NCBI GenBank assembly: GCA_007693605.1
Contig: REDG01000056.1
Coordinates: 4,358-68,357 of the forward strand
DNA from: Bradymonadales bacterium
Lineage (GTDB): Bacteria; Bdellovibrionota; UBA2394
DNA length: 64,000 bases
Direction: 5' to 3'
Positions 29,228 through 38,668 of the stretch are shown here, piece by piece; the first letter of the stretch is position 1, and each line of letters starts with the position of its first letter. The translations under genes and the position numbers were made by a program. Below the pieces are notes generated by a model. It saw only the letters and a program-made list of their open reading frames with translations. It did no database searches and was not told the origin of the DNA.

Positions 29228-29584
29228 ATGGAAGCCATCAAAAACACAGAGTCCGCAGTCTTGAAGCTGACGGATGCAGCACGAGATAAGGTTCAGTCTT
29301 TGATGAGGCGCGAGCACGGAGATAAAGAGATGTATCTCAGAATTTCGGTCGTTGGTGGAGGTTGCTCGGGCCTATCTTATAAGATGAGCTTTGAGGAGGC
29401 ACCGAATCAATCCGATGCATCCTTTGAAGAAAATTCGGTGGCTTTGCTTTTGGATCCGAAGTCACAGCTCTTTTTACAGGGCCTCGTGATTGATTTTGAG
29501 GATGGGCTAAACGGGGCTGGGTTTACCTATAATAATCCAAAGGCCAAAAAGTCTTGCGGCTGCGGCACTTCCTTTGCTGTTTGA
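29228..29584 (+). CDS. iscA: A-type Fe-S carrier IscA/ErpA (HesB family)
   Basis: GGGCSGLSY, NPKAKKSCGCGTSF. Confidence 0.9.
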   Translation: MEAIKNTESAVLKLTDAARDKVQSLMRREHGDKEMYLRISVVGGGCSGLSYKMSFEEAPNQSDASFEENSVALLLDPKSQLFLQGLVIDFEDGLNGAGFTYNNPKAKKSCGCGTSFAV

Positions 29585-29631
29585 GCTTTCAAGCTCTTGT
29601 TTCCTTCAGTGGACACCGATAACATGGAGAC

Positions 29632-29922
29632 ATGCCAAAGATTCGTTTTGAAAATCTAGGGGAGTCGTATGAGGTGGCGCCGGGCACTTCCGTATTGGAG
29701 TGTGCTATCGATCAAAACCTTCCGCTCGATCATGACTGTGGTGGAAATTGCGCTTGTACCACTTGCCACATTTTTGTGAAGTCAGGCATGCAAAACTTGA
29801 CCCCTATGTCAGAGGACGAAAAGAGTCTGTTGGAAGCGAATGAAAGACTGGACGAGCAATCACGATTGGGCTGTCAGTCTCGAGTCAAGTCGGGTGAAGT
29901 GGTGGTTCAGATTCCAGAGTAG
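29632..29922 (+). CDS. fdx: ISC-type [2Fe-2S] ferredoxin
   Basis: HDCGGNCACTTCH ... SRLGCQ. Confidence 0.9.
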   Translation: MPKIRFENLGESYEVAPGTSVLECAIDQNLPLDHDCGGNCACTTCHIFVKSGMQNLTPMSEDEKSLLEANERLDEQSRLGCQSRVKSGEVVVQIPE

Positions 29923-29939
29923 CTAGAAAAGGGGAAGGG

Positions 29940-30335
29940 ATGGCTAAGAAAACAGCAAAGAAACTCAAGTGGTCTGACATCGGGGACATTGCCTTTCGCC
30001 TCATCGACGAACATCCACGGCTAGATCCATCGAGACTCTCGGTAGGTTCTATTGAAGATATGGTGTTGGCTCTGGCAGATTTTGGAGAATCTTCTAAGCA
30101 GCCCACAGAAGAGCTTCTGCAAGAGATTCAGGAGCGATGGGCTGAAGAGCGAGATGAGATAGCTGACGAGCTTGAGCCCATCGAGGAAGCCGAAGAAGAA
30201 GATTTGGATGAGGATCGTTATCGAGAGGATCGTACGGCCGACGAGAAGGATGAAGACGATGAGTCGGAAGACGAGACTGAGCCTGAGTTCGACGAGTTCG
30301 AAGAAGACGAAGATGATGATGAAGAAGAGTTCTGA
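29940..30335 (+). CDS. iscX: IscX (YfhJ)-like protein with long acidic C-terminal tail
   Basis: LKWSD..DIA..L...HP.LDP..L......VLAL.DF...LLQEIQ..W.EE resembles IscX; follows fdx. Confidence 0.7.
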   Translation: MAKKTAKKLKWSDIGDIAFRLIDEHPRLDPSRLSVGSIEDMVLALADFGESSKQPTEELLQEIQERWAEERDEIADELEPIEEAEEEDLDEDRYREDRTADEKDEDDESEDETEPEFDEFEEDEDDDEEEF

Positions 30336-30339
30336 GTGA

Positions 30340-30363
30340 GCCCCCGTTTCTGTCGGGGGTTTT
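30340..30363 (+). terminator. Probable intrinsic terminator
   Basis: gcccccg-tttctgt-cgggggt hairpin followed by a short T run right after the iscX stop. Confidence 0.55.
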
Positions 30364-30500
30364 AGGTTCTCCTGCCTTTTTCGAGGCTTCTTGGGATCAT
30401 GCCATCAAATACTTTACAAGAGCCAAAGAGACCGCTTTTCTTCTGGTGAGGCTACGCGAGGGGCGCGTGGAATCGGCATTTAAAGCAGAGGAGAGTAATT

Positions 30501-31652
30501 GTGGCACAAGCAAAAAAGGCAAGTGATTCAGGGGACAATAAAGCGGGTCTGAAAGCAGAGAAGATGAAGGCTCTCAATTTGGCCGTTGCTGCGATTGAAA
30601 AGCAATTTGGAAAAGGGGCGATTATGCGCCTCGGAACCGGGCAGAAGCTGGTCACCAATTTGGATGTGATTCCAACGGGTAGTTTCGGTTTGGATGTCGC
30701 CCTTGGAATTGGCGGAGTGCCGAGGGGGCGAATTGTTGAGATTTTTGGGCCAGAATCCTCTGGGAAGACAACGCTGACATTGCATTTGGTGGCAGAGTGT
30801 CAGAAAAAGGGTGGAGTCTGCGCGTTTGTAGATGCCGAACATGCCATTGATGTAACCTATGCGGCCGCCCTGGGCGTGAATGTGGACGATCTTCTGATTT
30901 CACAGCCCGATACGGGCGAAGAGGCCCTTGAAATCGTCGATGCTTTAGTTCGCTCGAACGCCGTCGATCTGATTGTCGTTGACTCCGTTGCGGCGCTGAC
31001 ACCGAAAGCAGAGATCGAAGGAAATATGGGAGACTCCCATATGGGCCTGCAGGCGCGCTTGATGAGTCAGGCGCTTCGGAAGCTCACGGGTACTATCAGT
31101 AAGTCGAAGGCTTGCGTTACTTTTATTAACCAGATTCGAATGAAGATTGGGGTGATGTTTGGTAACCCCGAAACCACCACAGGTGGAAACGCTCTAAAGT
31201 TTTACAGTTCGATTCGACTGGATATTCGAAGAATCGGTGCGATCACCAAAGGCGACCAGGTGGTGGGCAATCGCACTCGAGTCAAAGTGGTGAAAAACAA
31301 AGTAGCAGCACCTTTCAAGCAAGCAGAATTCGATATCCTGTACGGCAAGGGAATTAATCGACTTGGAGAGATTGTTGATAAGGCTTCTGACTTAGAAATC
31401 ATTCAAAAGAGCGGATCTTGGTATTCCTTCGGAGACGAAAAGATCGGGCAGGGTCGTGAAAATGTGATTGAGTATTTGAAAGAGAATTCGAAAGTTCGAA
31501 ACGAAGTGGTGAAGAAACTTTATCAGAGCTTAGAGATTCCTTTGCCTTCTTCCTCGGGGGCTCCGATAGAGAGCGCTGCAAAGACAACTGAGGAGCCTGT
31601 GATTTCAACGACAGACGCGAAGAAGGTCGAGACGAAAGACTCAAAAAAGTAA
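30501..31652 (+). CDS. recA: Recombinase RecA
   Basis: [41 protein letters not shown]. Confidence 0.98.
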   Translation: MAQAKKASDSGDNKAGLKAEKMKALNLAVAAIEKQFGKGAIMRLGTGQKLVTNLDVIPTGSFGLDVALGIGGVPRGRIVEIFGPESSGKTTLTLHLVAECQKKGGVCAFVDAEHAIDVTYAAALGVNVDDLLISQPDTGEEALEIVDALVRSNAVDLIVVDSVAALTPKAEIEGNMGDSHMGLQARLMSQALRKLTGTISKSKACVTFINQIRMKIGVMFGNPETTTGGNALKFYSSIRLDIRRIGAITKGDQVVGNRTRVKVVKNKVAAPFKQAEFDILYGKGINRLGEIVDKASDLEIIQKSGSWYSFGDEKIGQGRENVIEYLKENSKVRNEVVKKLYQSLEIPLPSSSGAPIESAAKTTEEPVISTTDAKKVETKDSKK

Positions 31653-31773
31653 TGCTGCAAGGGAGTCGTCTCAGCTTGTCAATTTGAGAGAACGCCGGCG
31701 GAACTGAGTTAGCACTTAACTTTTGCTTAAGCTTTTGTTTAATTCCTCGTAGAATATCACTGGAGGGGGAGGA

Positions 31774-33180
31774 ATGAATAAATTCTCATTTTGGGCTCTT
31801 GTATTTGTCGTAGCTCTTGGGGCTCAAGTTGGTGCGGACGATCGGAAGTTTGATGACGGCGTTCGACGAGCGATTGATCGTCATGACGAGCGAGTTCGTG
31901 CAATTCTTGTCTTCGATCCGATTGACCTAAGTGCAGCTCATGCCCCCGGAACTCTCAGCGCAGGACAGATCGAAAGGCTTCGTAAGGAAGAGGCCACTCG
32001 GGCTCAGAGGGAAGTCTGGGCCTTTCTTCAAAGGCAATATCACTTTGGTCACCCCCAAGACTTGGTCGAAATCAATGACTTCTGGGGGGCAAATGCGATC
32101 AGTGTTGAGGCCAGTCCTCTCGTGCTTCAGGAGTTGGCCCGTTTTCAAGAGGTCCGCTCGATTATTCTCGATCAGTCTGTCGATCTCGTTTACCGAGTAG
32201 ACCAAGATCAACCAGAATATCGCTATACTTATGGTCTTGAGAGAATTGGAATTCCAGATCTCAGGCGCCAGTCTCCTGACTTGTTGGGCCAAGGCATTGT
32301 TGTGGGGGTTCTGGATACTGGGATAGACCCAGAGCATCCGGAGTTCAGGGGCCGAGTTGCCGCTTTCAGGGATTTCATTCAACAAAAGACGGAGGCCTAT
32401 GATGATAACGGGCATGGAACTCATGTGGCGGGTACGATTGCTGGATCTGGGGTTGGCGGTGTTCAGATTGGTGTCGCTCCCGAAGCCACTTTGGTGATTG
32501 GAAAGATTTTGAGCGGGCGAGGCTCGGGGAGTCTGAGTGGAATTTTGGCGGGGATGGAGTGGATAGGGAACCCCGACGGTAGATTGGCCTCTCGACTTCG
32601 GCCTCATGTGGTGAACAACTCTTGGGGAGCCTCTCGTTTTTCAGGCGATTTGCGACGAAACCCTTTCGCTCAGCAAGTCATCACTTGGGTTGAGATGGGA
32701 ATTTTTCCTGTCTTTGCCGCTGGCAATGATGGACGCAGTGGGAGCGCTACGATCGGAGATCCTGCCGGTTTGCCGATGGCCTTTGCCGTTGGAGCGACGG
32801 ATGAGCGAGACGAAGTGACAGACTTTTCTTCTCGCGGACCCGTCCGAATTATCGACTTCGATGGGGAAACTCGTGTTTTAGTGAAGCCGGATATTTCGGC
32901 GCCCGGTGCTCGGGTGCATTCTGCCGTGCCAGGAGGAGGCTATCGAGCCTTCAGCGGAACTTCGATGGCGGCGCCTCATATTGCGGGAGCCGTTGCCCTT
33001 CTGTATCAGGTCAATCCCCATCTCAAGATTCCAGAAGTCGTCCGAATTTTAGAGGACAGCTCCGAGTACCTCGGAAGCTCCCCTGGTCGCGAAAGAAGTA
33101 ACGATTTCGGCTCTGGCCGGCTCAACATCTTCAACGCGGTGAGTGGGATGTCGAGTATGGGGTATCACCGCTGGCGCTAA
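31774..33180 (+). CDS. Secreted S8 subtilisin-like serine protease
   Basis: Signal peptide, prodomain, LDTG / HGTHVAGT / AAGN / GTSMAAP. Confidence 0.92.
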   Translation: MNKFSFWALVFVVALGAQVGADDRKFDDGVRRAIDRHDERVRAILVFDPIDLSAAHAPGTLSAGQIERLRKEEATRAQREVWAFLQRQYHFGHPQDLVEINDFWGANAISVEASPLVLQELARFQEVRSIILDQSVDLVYRVDQDQPEYRYTYGLERIGIPDLRRQSPDLLGQGIVVGVLDTGIDPEHPEFRGRVAAFRDFIQQKTEAYDDNGHGTHVAGTIAGSGVGGVQIGVAPEATLVIGKILSGRGSGSLSGILAGMEWIGNPDGRLASRLRPHVVNNSWGASRFSGDLRRNPFAQQVITWVEMGIFPVFAAGNDGRSGSATIGDPAGLPMAFAVGATDERDEVTDFSSRGPVRIIDFDGETRVLVKPDISAPGARVHSAVPGGGYRAFSGTSMAAPHIAGAVALLYQVNPHLKIPEVVRILEDSSEYLGSSPGRERSNDFGSGRLNIFNAVSGMSSMGYHRWR

Positions 33181-33240
33181 GGGCCCATCTGCAACTTCAT
33201 TCAGGTCAACCTCCGGTTCCGGATTTGGTTTCAGATTGGC
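33171..33240 (+). repeat. Degenerate copy of the dispersed repeat/MITE, overlapping the S8 protease stop codon
   Basis: ctggcgcTAAgggcccatctgc matches the repeat unit; the following ggtcaacctccggtt...tggtttcagattggc resembles ggtcgaccttcggtcgacctggtttgaggatggc at 43701-43734. Confidence 0.65.
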
Positions 33241-33263
33241 TCCTTGACCCCAGAGTTTAGCAT

Positions 33264-33417
33264 CATGAGTTTTGGAAGCATCCGTTGGGGACCGCCTAGA
33301 ATTCCAAACAACTTCGATCGCTTCCAGGGCCCGCTCCTTCTCGCGCCGTTGACAATGTACTTCGTTTCGCGACCCAGACGCTCGAAGAGCCCCACCGGCT
33401 GTCTTCCAAAACTCATG
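33264..33417. repeat. 154-bp element bounded by a perfect 15-bp inverted repeat (imperfect to about 27 bp)
   Basis: catgagttttggaag (33264-33278) / cttccaaaactcatg (33403-33417), continued inward by ccgttgggg / ccccaccgg. Confidence 0.75.
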
Positions 33418-33550
33418 CTCAATGCCATAGGCCGTGAGGCACCTATCACCGTTATCTGGTCGACGGAGCCTTGCAGTGACGGCACAGAGCAGAGCGGAGC
33501 TTTTGAGATTTTTCCTTGAGGCTCTGATCTGGCTTGTTTAGTTTGCGATC

Positions 33551-34894
33551 GTGATTGAGAGCCTGCAAAAATCCTTTCAAAGAAGCCTTAAGAAACTTTC
33601 TGGCCAAGCCAAACTTCGGCCCGCTCATATCGAAGAAATACTTGGGGATCTGAGAGACTCGCTTTTAGAGGCCGATGTCAGTTTGAGCGTGGCCGAGCGC
33701 TTTCTTGAATCAGTTCGAGAGAAGGCCATCGGAGAGGCGGTCTCAGACAGTCTAAATCCGCAGCAACAGTTCATTTACATTCTGCAAAAAGAGATGCGAG
33801 CGGTTTTGGGAGACTCAGAGCCCTTTGCCTTGAATTTCAAGCCCCCCGTCATTGTCATGATGGTGGGCCTGCAAGGGGCCGGAAAGACCACTTCTGCCGC
33901 AAAGTTGGGCCTGTGGGCTAAAAAGAAACAAAAGAGGCAGGTCTTGCTCGTGAGTGTGGATGTGCGAAGGCCCGCAGCCATTGAGCAGCTTGAGAAGTTG
34001 GCGGCTGAGTCGAAGTTAGACTACATCAAGCCCGAGACGATGGACCCTCTAGAAAGGGCTCGTGAGGCAGTTCGTTACGCCGAGACTTACGGCTTGGATT
34101 TCGTGATCGTGGATACGGCAGGAAGGCTATCCATTGACGAAGAGCTGATGGCTGAGCTCGAGCAATTGAAGCGAGAGATTCAACCGCAACACATCTTGTA
34201 TGTGGCCGATGCGATGAGTGGGCAACAGGGCCTTCAGGTCATCGAGGGCTTCTCTTCTCGAGTGGGTCTGACCGGAGCGATCGTGACCAAGGCAGATGCA
34301 GACTCTCGGGGCGGGATTGTGTTCTCCATTCGAGAGGCTTTAAAGGTGCCCTTATGTTTTGTCGGAAGCGGCGAGAAGACCGGAGATTTTGAAGTCTTTC
34401 ATGCCGATCGATGGGTTTCACGAATTCTTGGGATGGGGGATTTGCAGACCCTAATCGAGAAGGCTGAGGAGGCGGGCTCAGAGGCTGGGGCCCCGGGCGC
34501 AGAGAGCCAAGAGAGGCTCGCCAAGAGAGTAATGAAGGGAAAGATGAACCTTCTAGACTTTCAGCAGCAAATGAAAATGATGAGTAAAATGGGCAGCCTG
34601 AAGGGCTTGATGGGCATGGTCCCAGGGATGTCTCAAATGGCCCAGCAAATCGACTCAGAGGCCATTGAGAAAAAACTGAAGCGGGTGGATGCCATGATCT
34701 GTTCCATGACCCCTACAGAGCGAGAGCGGCCGGATGTCATCAACGGAAGCCGAAAACGGCGAATCGCTGGGGGTAGCGGGACCAGCGTCGAAGAGATGAA
34801 TCAGTTTCTTAGGGAGTTTCAGCAAATGCAGAATATGATGAAGAGCATGAAGGGCAAGAAGGGGATGAAAGGCCTCGGGCGACTTTTCGGCTAG
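33551..34894 (+). CDS. ffh: Signal recognition particle protein Ffh
   Basis: LLEADV, GLQGAGKTT, DTAGR, RILGMGD, Met-rich M domain, SR.RRIA.GSG. Confidence 0.95.
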   Translation: MIESLQKSFQRSLKKLSGQAKLRPAHIEEILGDLRDSLLEADVSLSVAERFLESVREKAIGEAVSDSLNPQQQFIYILQKEMRAVLGDSEPFALNFKPPVIVMMVGLQGAGKTTSAAKLGLWAKKKQKRQVLLVSVDVRRPAAIEQLEKLAAESKLDYIKPETMDPLERAREAVRYAETYGLDFVIVDTAGRLSIDEELMAELEQLKREIQPQHILYVADAMSGQQGLQVIEGFSSRVGLTGAIVTKADADSRGGIVFSIREALKVPLCFVGSGEKTGDFEVFHADRWVSRILGMGDLQTLIEKAEEAGSEAGAPGAESQERLAKRVMKGKMNLLDFQQQMKMMSKMGSLKGLMGMVPGMSQMAQQIDSEAIEKKLKRVDAMICSMTPTERERPDVINGSRKRRIAGGSGTSVEEMNQFLREFQQMQNMMKSMKGKKGMKGLGRLFG

Positions 34895-34916
34895 CTGGGC
34901 CTATAACGACGCTGCC
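34894..34916 (-). repeat. Degenerate copy of the dispersed repeat immediately after the ffh stop
   Basis: gctgggcctataacgacgctgcc vs gatgggcctttagcgacactccc (24029-24051). Confidence 0.5.
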
Positions 34917-34978
34917 ATTTTTCGTGGGAGTCTGGGCTTGATCGGGGGGCTCATTTTCAGTAGGTGTACAAGGCTGAT

Positions 34979-35272
34979 ATGGTAAAAATTCGCTTATCTC
35001 GTTATGGCACGAAAAAGAAACCCTTCTACCGGATTGTGGCGGCTGACGCTCGCCGCGCGCGGGACGGAAAGTTTATTGAGATTCTTGGAACCTATGATCC
35101 AATGAATTTGAGTCTGCCGAAAGACTCCAGCGAAAAGAAAGAGAAGGGCATTGTTTTGCTGAAGGCCGATCGCTTGCAGCACTGGCTTTCGAAGGGGGCT
35201 CAGTTAAGTCCCACTCTTCAGACGATACTTAAGCGCGAAAAAATTCTGCCTGAGACGAAGGCCGCCGCTTAA
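34979..35272 (+). CDS. rpsP: 30S ribosomal protein S16
   Basis: [38 protein letters not shown] ... WLSKGAQ. Confidence 0.95.
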   Translation: MVKIRLSRYGTKKKPFYRIVAADARRARDGKFIEILGTYDPMNLSLPKDSSEKKEKGIVLLKADRLQHWLSKGAQLSPTLQTILKREKILPETKAAA

Positions 35273-35305
35273 GCACTTCGTTCGACCGATAGAGGAAACG
35301 CGAGA

Positions 35306-35950
35306 ATGAGAATCACAGTTCTGAGCGCGCTTCCTGATTTGATCACAAACTATTGTCAGGAAGCCCTTTTGGGAAGAGCTCAAAGAGAGGCTCTTGTTGA
35401 AATCAATGCGGTTTCACTAAGAGAGTTCTCGGATCCTCCGCACTATCAGATCGACGATAGACCCTTTGGGGGTGGCGCGGGAATGCTTCTTCGGGTTGAG
35501 CCCATCGCAAAGGCTCTTCAATCCATGGCGAAGCCCAATTGGAAGATTTTACTCTCGGCGAAAGGAAGAAGCTTTCAGCAGGAGGATGCCAAGAGATTCG
35601 CTCAGCTTAGCCACCTGGTTTTGATTTGCGGCCGTTACGAGGGAGTAGATCAGAGAGTGGCAGATCACCTTGTAGACGAGGAAGTTCGCGTGGGTGATTT
35701 TGTGACGATGGGGGGCGAGCCCGCAGCCTTGGCGATTTTGGAGGCCGTGGTTCGACTGATTCCAGGCGCTCTTGGAAATGAAGAGTCCTTAGCAGAGGAG
35801 AGTTTTTCAGAGTCGGAAGACTCCTCTTTGGAGTACCCTCAGTACACTCGGCCTCGTGAGTTTCAGGGTCTGAAAGTTCCTGAAGTTTTGGTGTCGGGTG
35901 ATCATCAGGCGATTCGTCTTTGGCGAGAGTCCCAAAAGAAGAAATCATGA
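35306..35950 (+). CDS. trmD: tRNA (guanine37-N1)-methyltransferase
   Basis: DDRPFGGGAGM, CGRYEGVDQR, GD.V.MGGE, LEYPQYTRP. Confidence 0.95.
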   Translation: MRITVLSALPDLITNYCQEALLGRAQREALVEINAVSLREFSDPPHYQIDDRPFGGGAGMLLRVEPIAKALQSMAKPNWKILLSAKGRSFQQEDAKRFAQLSHLVLICGRYEGVDQRVADHLVDEEVRVGDFVTMGGEPAALAILEAVVRLIPGALGNEESLAEESFSESEDSSLEYPQYTRPREFQGLKVPEVLVSGDHQAIRLWRESQKKKS

Positions 35951-36510
35951 AGCCCTGCTATCTGGCCCTAATTCACTATCCCGTCATCAATCGAAATCAG
36001 GAGATTGTCACCTCTTCTGTCACCAATCTTGATCTCCACGATATCGCGAGAGCGGCTCGCACCTTTGGTTTGAAGGGCTACTTTGTCGTACACCCTTCAA
36101 AAGATCAGCAGGCTCTCAATCGAAGAATCATCCATCATTGGATGGGGGCCTATGGTCAGGCGGCCAACCGAACTCGGTCAACAGCCTTAGATTTGATTCG
36201 TTTGGTTTCAACTTGGGAGGAGGTCTTGGAGCAGATTCAAAGCGAGACCGGAGAATTGCCGCTTTGCGTAGGAACTCACGCCCGAAGGGAAGGAGAGGGC
36301 GTTTTGGGTCTCTCGGAGTTTCGTCAGGGCTTGGGCTCAAAACCTGGGCTCCTGGTCTTCGGTACGGCCTATGGCTTAGCTCCGCTCTGGTGGGAACGCT
36401 TAGAGGCCTTCCTAGACCCCATTCTGGGCCCCACAGATTATAATCACTTGTCGGTTCGATCGGCGGTTTCCATTTACCTCGATCGGATTTTTGGCCGGAG
36501 CCCTGATTGA
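35947..36510 (+). CDS. SPOUT-type RNA methyltransferase (DUF2168-like, commonly next to or fused with TrmD)
   Basis: LALIHYPV.N, SVTNLDLHDIAR..RT.G, LVFGTA.GL, YNHLSVRSA.SI.LDR; ATGA overlap with trmD. Confidence 0.85.
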   Translation: MKPCYLALIHYPVINRNQEIVTSSVTNLDLHDIARAARTFGLKGYFVVHPSKDQQALNRRIIHHWMGAYGQAANRTRSTALDLIRLVSTWEEVLEQIQSETGELPLCVGTHARREGEGVLGLSEFRQGLGSKPGLLVFGTAYGLAPLWWERLEAFLDPILGPTDYNHLSVRSAVSIYLDRIFGRSPD

Positions 36511-36541
36511 CAAAAGCTCGCGGTTTGGCGAAATAACGAGG

Positions 36542-37021
36542 ATGAAAAAGCGTTTGGACCCCAAGGCGGCGATTCAGAAGGTCGCCAAGAAAATGATCAA
36601 AAAACCTCCTCAGTACCCAAATTTTCGTGTGGGGGACACGCTTCGAGTCTATGTCAAAGTGAAAGAGGGGGAGAAGACTCGAACCCAGCCCTTTGAAGGC
36701 ATCGTCATTGCGATTCAGAACAAGCAGGAGCGCTCGTCTTTTACCGTCAGAAAAATTGCAAGTGGTGTGGGCGTAGAGAGAATTTTTCCTTACTTCTCCC
36801 CTGTCATTGACAGAATCATGTTGGTTTCTAAGGGCGAGGTCCGAAGATCGAAGCTTTACTATTTGCGTGAGCTGACGGGTAGAAAAGGCCGAATTCGTTC
36901 GGAGTATGTCTACCAAGACACGCTTGCGGCTTCCGATTCGGCGGAGTCCGCAGACGCGACGGTCTCTGACGAGGATGAGGCAGAGGATGTCTCGCGAAAT
37001 GCGCAAGCGGCTGGCGCATAG
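36542..37021 (+). CDS. rplS: 50S ribosomal protein L19 (acidic C-terminal extension)
   Basis: FRVGDTLRV.VKV.EG.K.R.Q.FEG, FTVRK...GVGVERIFP, VRRSKLYYLR. Confidence 0.95.
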   Translation: MKKRLDPKAAIQKVAKKMIKKPPQYPNFRVGDTLRVYVKVKEGEKTRTQPFEGIVIAIQNKQERSSFTVRKIASGVGVERIFPYFSPVIDRIMLVSKGEVRRSKLYYLRELTGRKGRIRSEYVYQDTLAASDSAESADATVSDEDEAEDVSRNAQAAGA

Positions 37022-37973
37022 GTCTCTCTGCTCCTTTCAATTAGAAAAATCTTTTGGCGATGAACTCGTGATCGGCCTAGATGAGGTCGGTCGAGGCTGT
37101 ATTGCGGGCCCGGTCGTGGCGGCAGGGGTTGTGTTTGATCCGAAGGACTATGACTCTCAAGAGCCTTTGATGCTCGAAATTGATGATTCAAAAAGATTTT
37201 CTGCTGCGAGACGAGAGCAGCTCGTGAAGTATATCTTCAGTCGAGCTCGTTCGGTTCAGTGGTCGTTCATAGACTCGATGATTGTCGATGAGATCAATAT
37301 CTTGCAGGCAAGCTTTGCCGCCTTTCGTGAAGTGATTCAAAAAACCCTTAGTCTGCCTTTGGCATTGACGCGAGTGATGGTGGACGGAAATCAGATGATT
37401 CCAGACTGCTCGTTGTTTCAGAAGACAGTGATTTCGGGAGATCGAATTTCAAAGTCCATTGCAGCGGCCTCTTTGGTAGCGAAAGTTCTTCGTGATCGTT
37501 GGATGAAGACTCAAAGTGAAATCTATCCTCACTATGGCTTTGACAGACACAAGGGTTATGGGACGGCGGCGCATTGGGCCGCCATTGAGCTTCAGGGCCC
37601 CTGTGAGATTCACCGCCGCAGCTTTTTGAAGAAGTTTTATAGCCGTAAGGAATCAGGAGAACAGGCTGAAGGGCAGGTGCTTGAATTTTATCGGTCAAAA
37701 GGTCTGGAGCTTCGGCACCAGAATTGGAGCTGTGATCGAGGGGAAATCGATTTAATTTTTGAATCGGGAAATGAGATTCGATTTGTGGAAGTGAGGTTTC
37801 GCTCTGATGGAAACTTGGAAGCGGCCTTTCCCCTAAAGAAGCAAGAAAGATTTAAAGAGCTTGCATTTCAGTACTTAAGAGTCGCTCCAGGCGCAAGAAA
37901 GAGGCCACATCTCGATTTTGTGTTTGTCTCCCCCAATGGCATTGAAACCTTTGAAGACTTCCTGAAGCCATGA
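36987..37973 (+). CDS. rnhB: Ribonuclease HII fused to a C-terminal YraN (UPF0102) domain
   Basis: GLDEVGRG..AGPV, DDSK, VDGN, SIAAAS..AKV.RD, HKGYGT, HRRSF; then GE.AE...NW.C..GEIDLI...FVEVR.R. Start codon uncertain. Confidence 0.88.
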   Translation: MSREMRKRLAHRSLCSFQLEKSFGDELVIGLDEVGRGCIAGPVVAAGVVFDPKDYDSQEPLMLEIDDSKRFSAARREQLVKYIFSRARSVQWSFIDSMIVDEINILQASFAAFREVIQKTLSLPLALTRVMVDGNQMIPDCSLFQKTVISGDRISKSIAAASLVAKVLRDRWMKTQSEIYPHYGFDRHKGYGTAAHWAAIELQGPCEIHRRSFLKKFYSRKESGEQAEGQVLEFYRSKGLELRHQNWSCDRGEIDLIFESGNEIRFVEVRFRSDGNLEAAFPLKKQERFKELAFQYLRVAPGARKRPHLDFVFVSPNGIETFEDFLKP

Positions 37974-38668
37974 GTTCGAAGCTTAAAGAGTCGAAGAGAG
38001 AAGCCGCCAGATTTTTTGTGGTGGGAAGCCCCATTGGAAATTTAGAGGACATTAGTTTTAGAGCGGTTCGAATCCTAAGTGAAGTCGATCGAATATTTTG
38101 CGAAGATACCAGACGAAGCTTGAAGCTCTTGAATCATTTGAAAATATCAAAGCCACTTGAGTCTTGTCCTTATTTTAAAGAGGAAGAGAAGGCGACACGA
38201 CTCCTAGAGTGTTTACGAAAGGGAGAGTCCGTGGCTTTTCTTTCAGACGCGGGTATGCCCGGCTTTAGTGACCCCGGTAATCGATTGGTCAGACATTGTC
38301 GTGAGCAAGGCTTTGGGGTTGAAGTCATTGGAGGAGTAAGTGCTCTGACGAGTTTCTTGGCGGGTTTAACTTTTGAACTGACTGAGTTTCATTTCTATGG
38401 ATTTTTGCCCCCTAAAAGCTCCGGTCGAAAAAAGTTTTGGACCTCAGAGTCTCTGATTTTGCCCTGTGTGTTTTTAGAGTCGACCCATCGACTAGAGTCG
38501 AGTCTGGAGCTGATTGCCGAACTTCGGCCAGATTTGGAGCTTTGCTTGGCCAAAGAGCTTTCGAAGGTGTCAGAGGCATTTTTCCAAGGATCTGCGAAAG
38601 AGCTTCTCGATACAATTCCCTCTTGGAAGGGGGAATGGATTGGGTTAGCTAGAAGGGGTTCACCATGA
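37970..38668 (+). CDS. rsmI: 16S rRNA (cytidine1402-2'-O)-methyltransferase
   Basis: PIGNLEDI..RA, CEDTR, SDAGMP..SDPG, GFLP, ES.HR, KELSK. Confidence 0.92.
   Translation: MSSKLKESKREAARFFVVGSPIGNLEDISFRAVRILSEVDRIFCEDTRRSLKLLNHLKISKPLESCPYFKEEEKATRLLECLRKGESVAFLSDAGMPGFSDPGNRLVRHCREQGFGVEVIGGVSALTSFLAGLTFELTEFHFYGFLPPKSSGRKKFWTSESLILPCVFLESTHRLESSLELIAELRPDLELCLAKELSKVSEAFFQGSAKELLDTIPSWKGEWIGLARRGSP

Noticed and set aside
31927..32607. 226-aa minus-strand ORF
   Set aside because: Antisense shadow of the S8 protease with no motifs
33195..33230. SRP RNA (ffs) candidate because of 'tcaggtc...ccgg' next to ffh
   Set aside because: Lacks the CAGG..GNRA..AGCAG helix-8 pattern; better explained as a degenerate repeat copy
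36128..37006. 292-aa minus-strand ORF
   Set aside because: Antisense to rplS and the SPOUT methyltransferase
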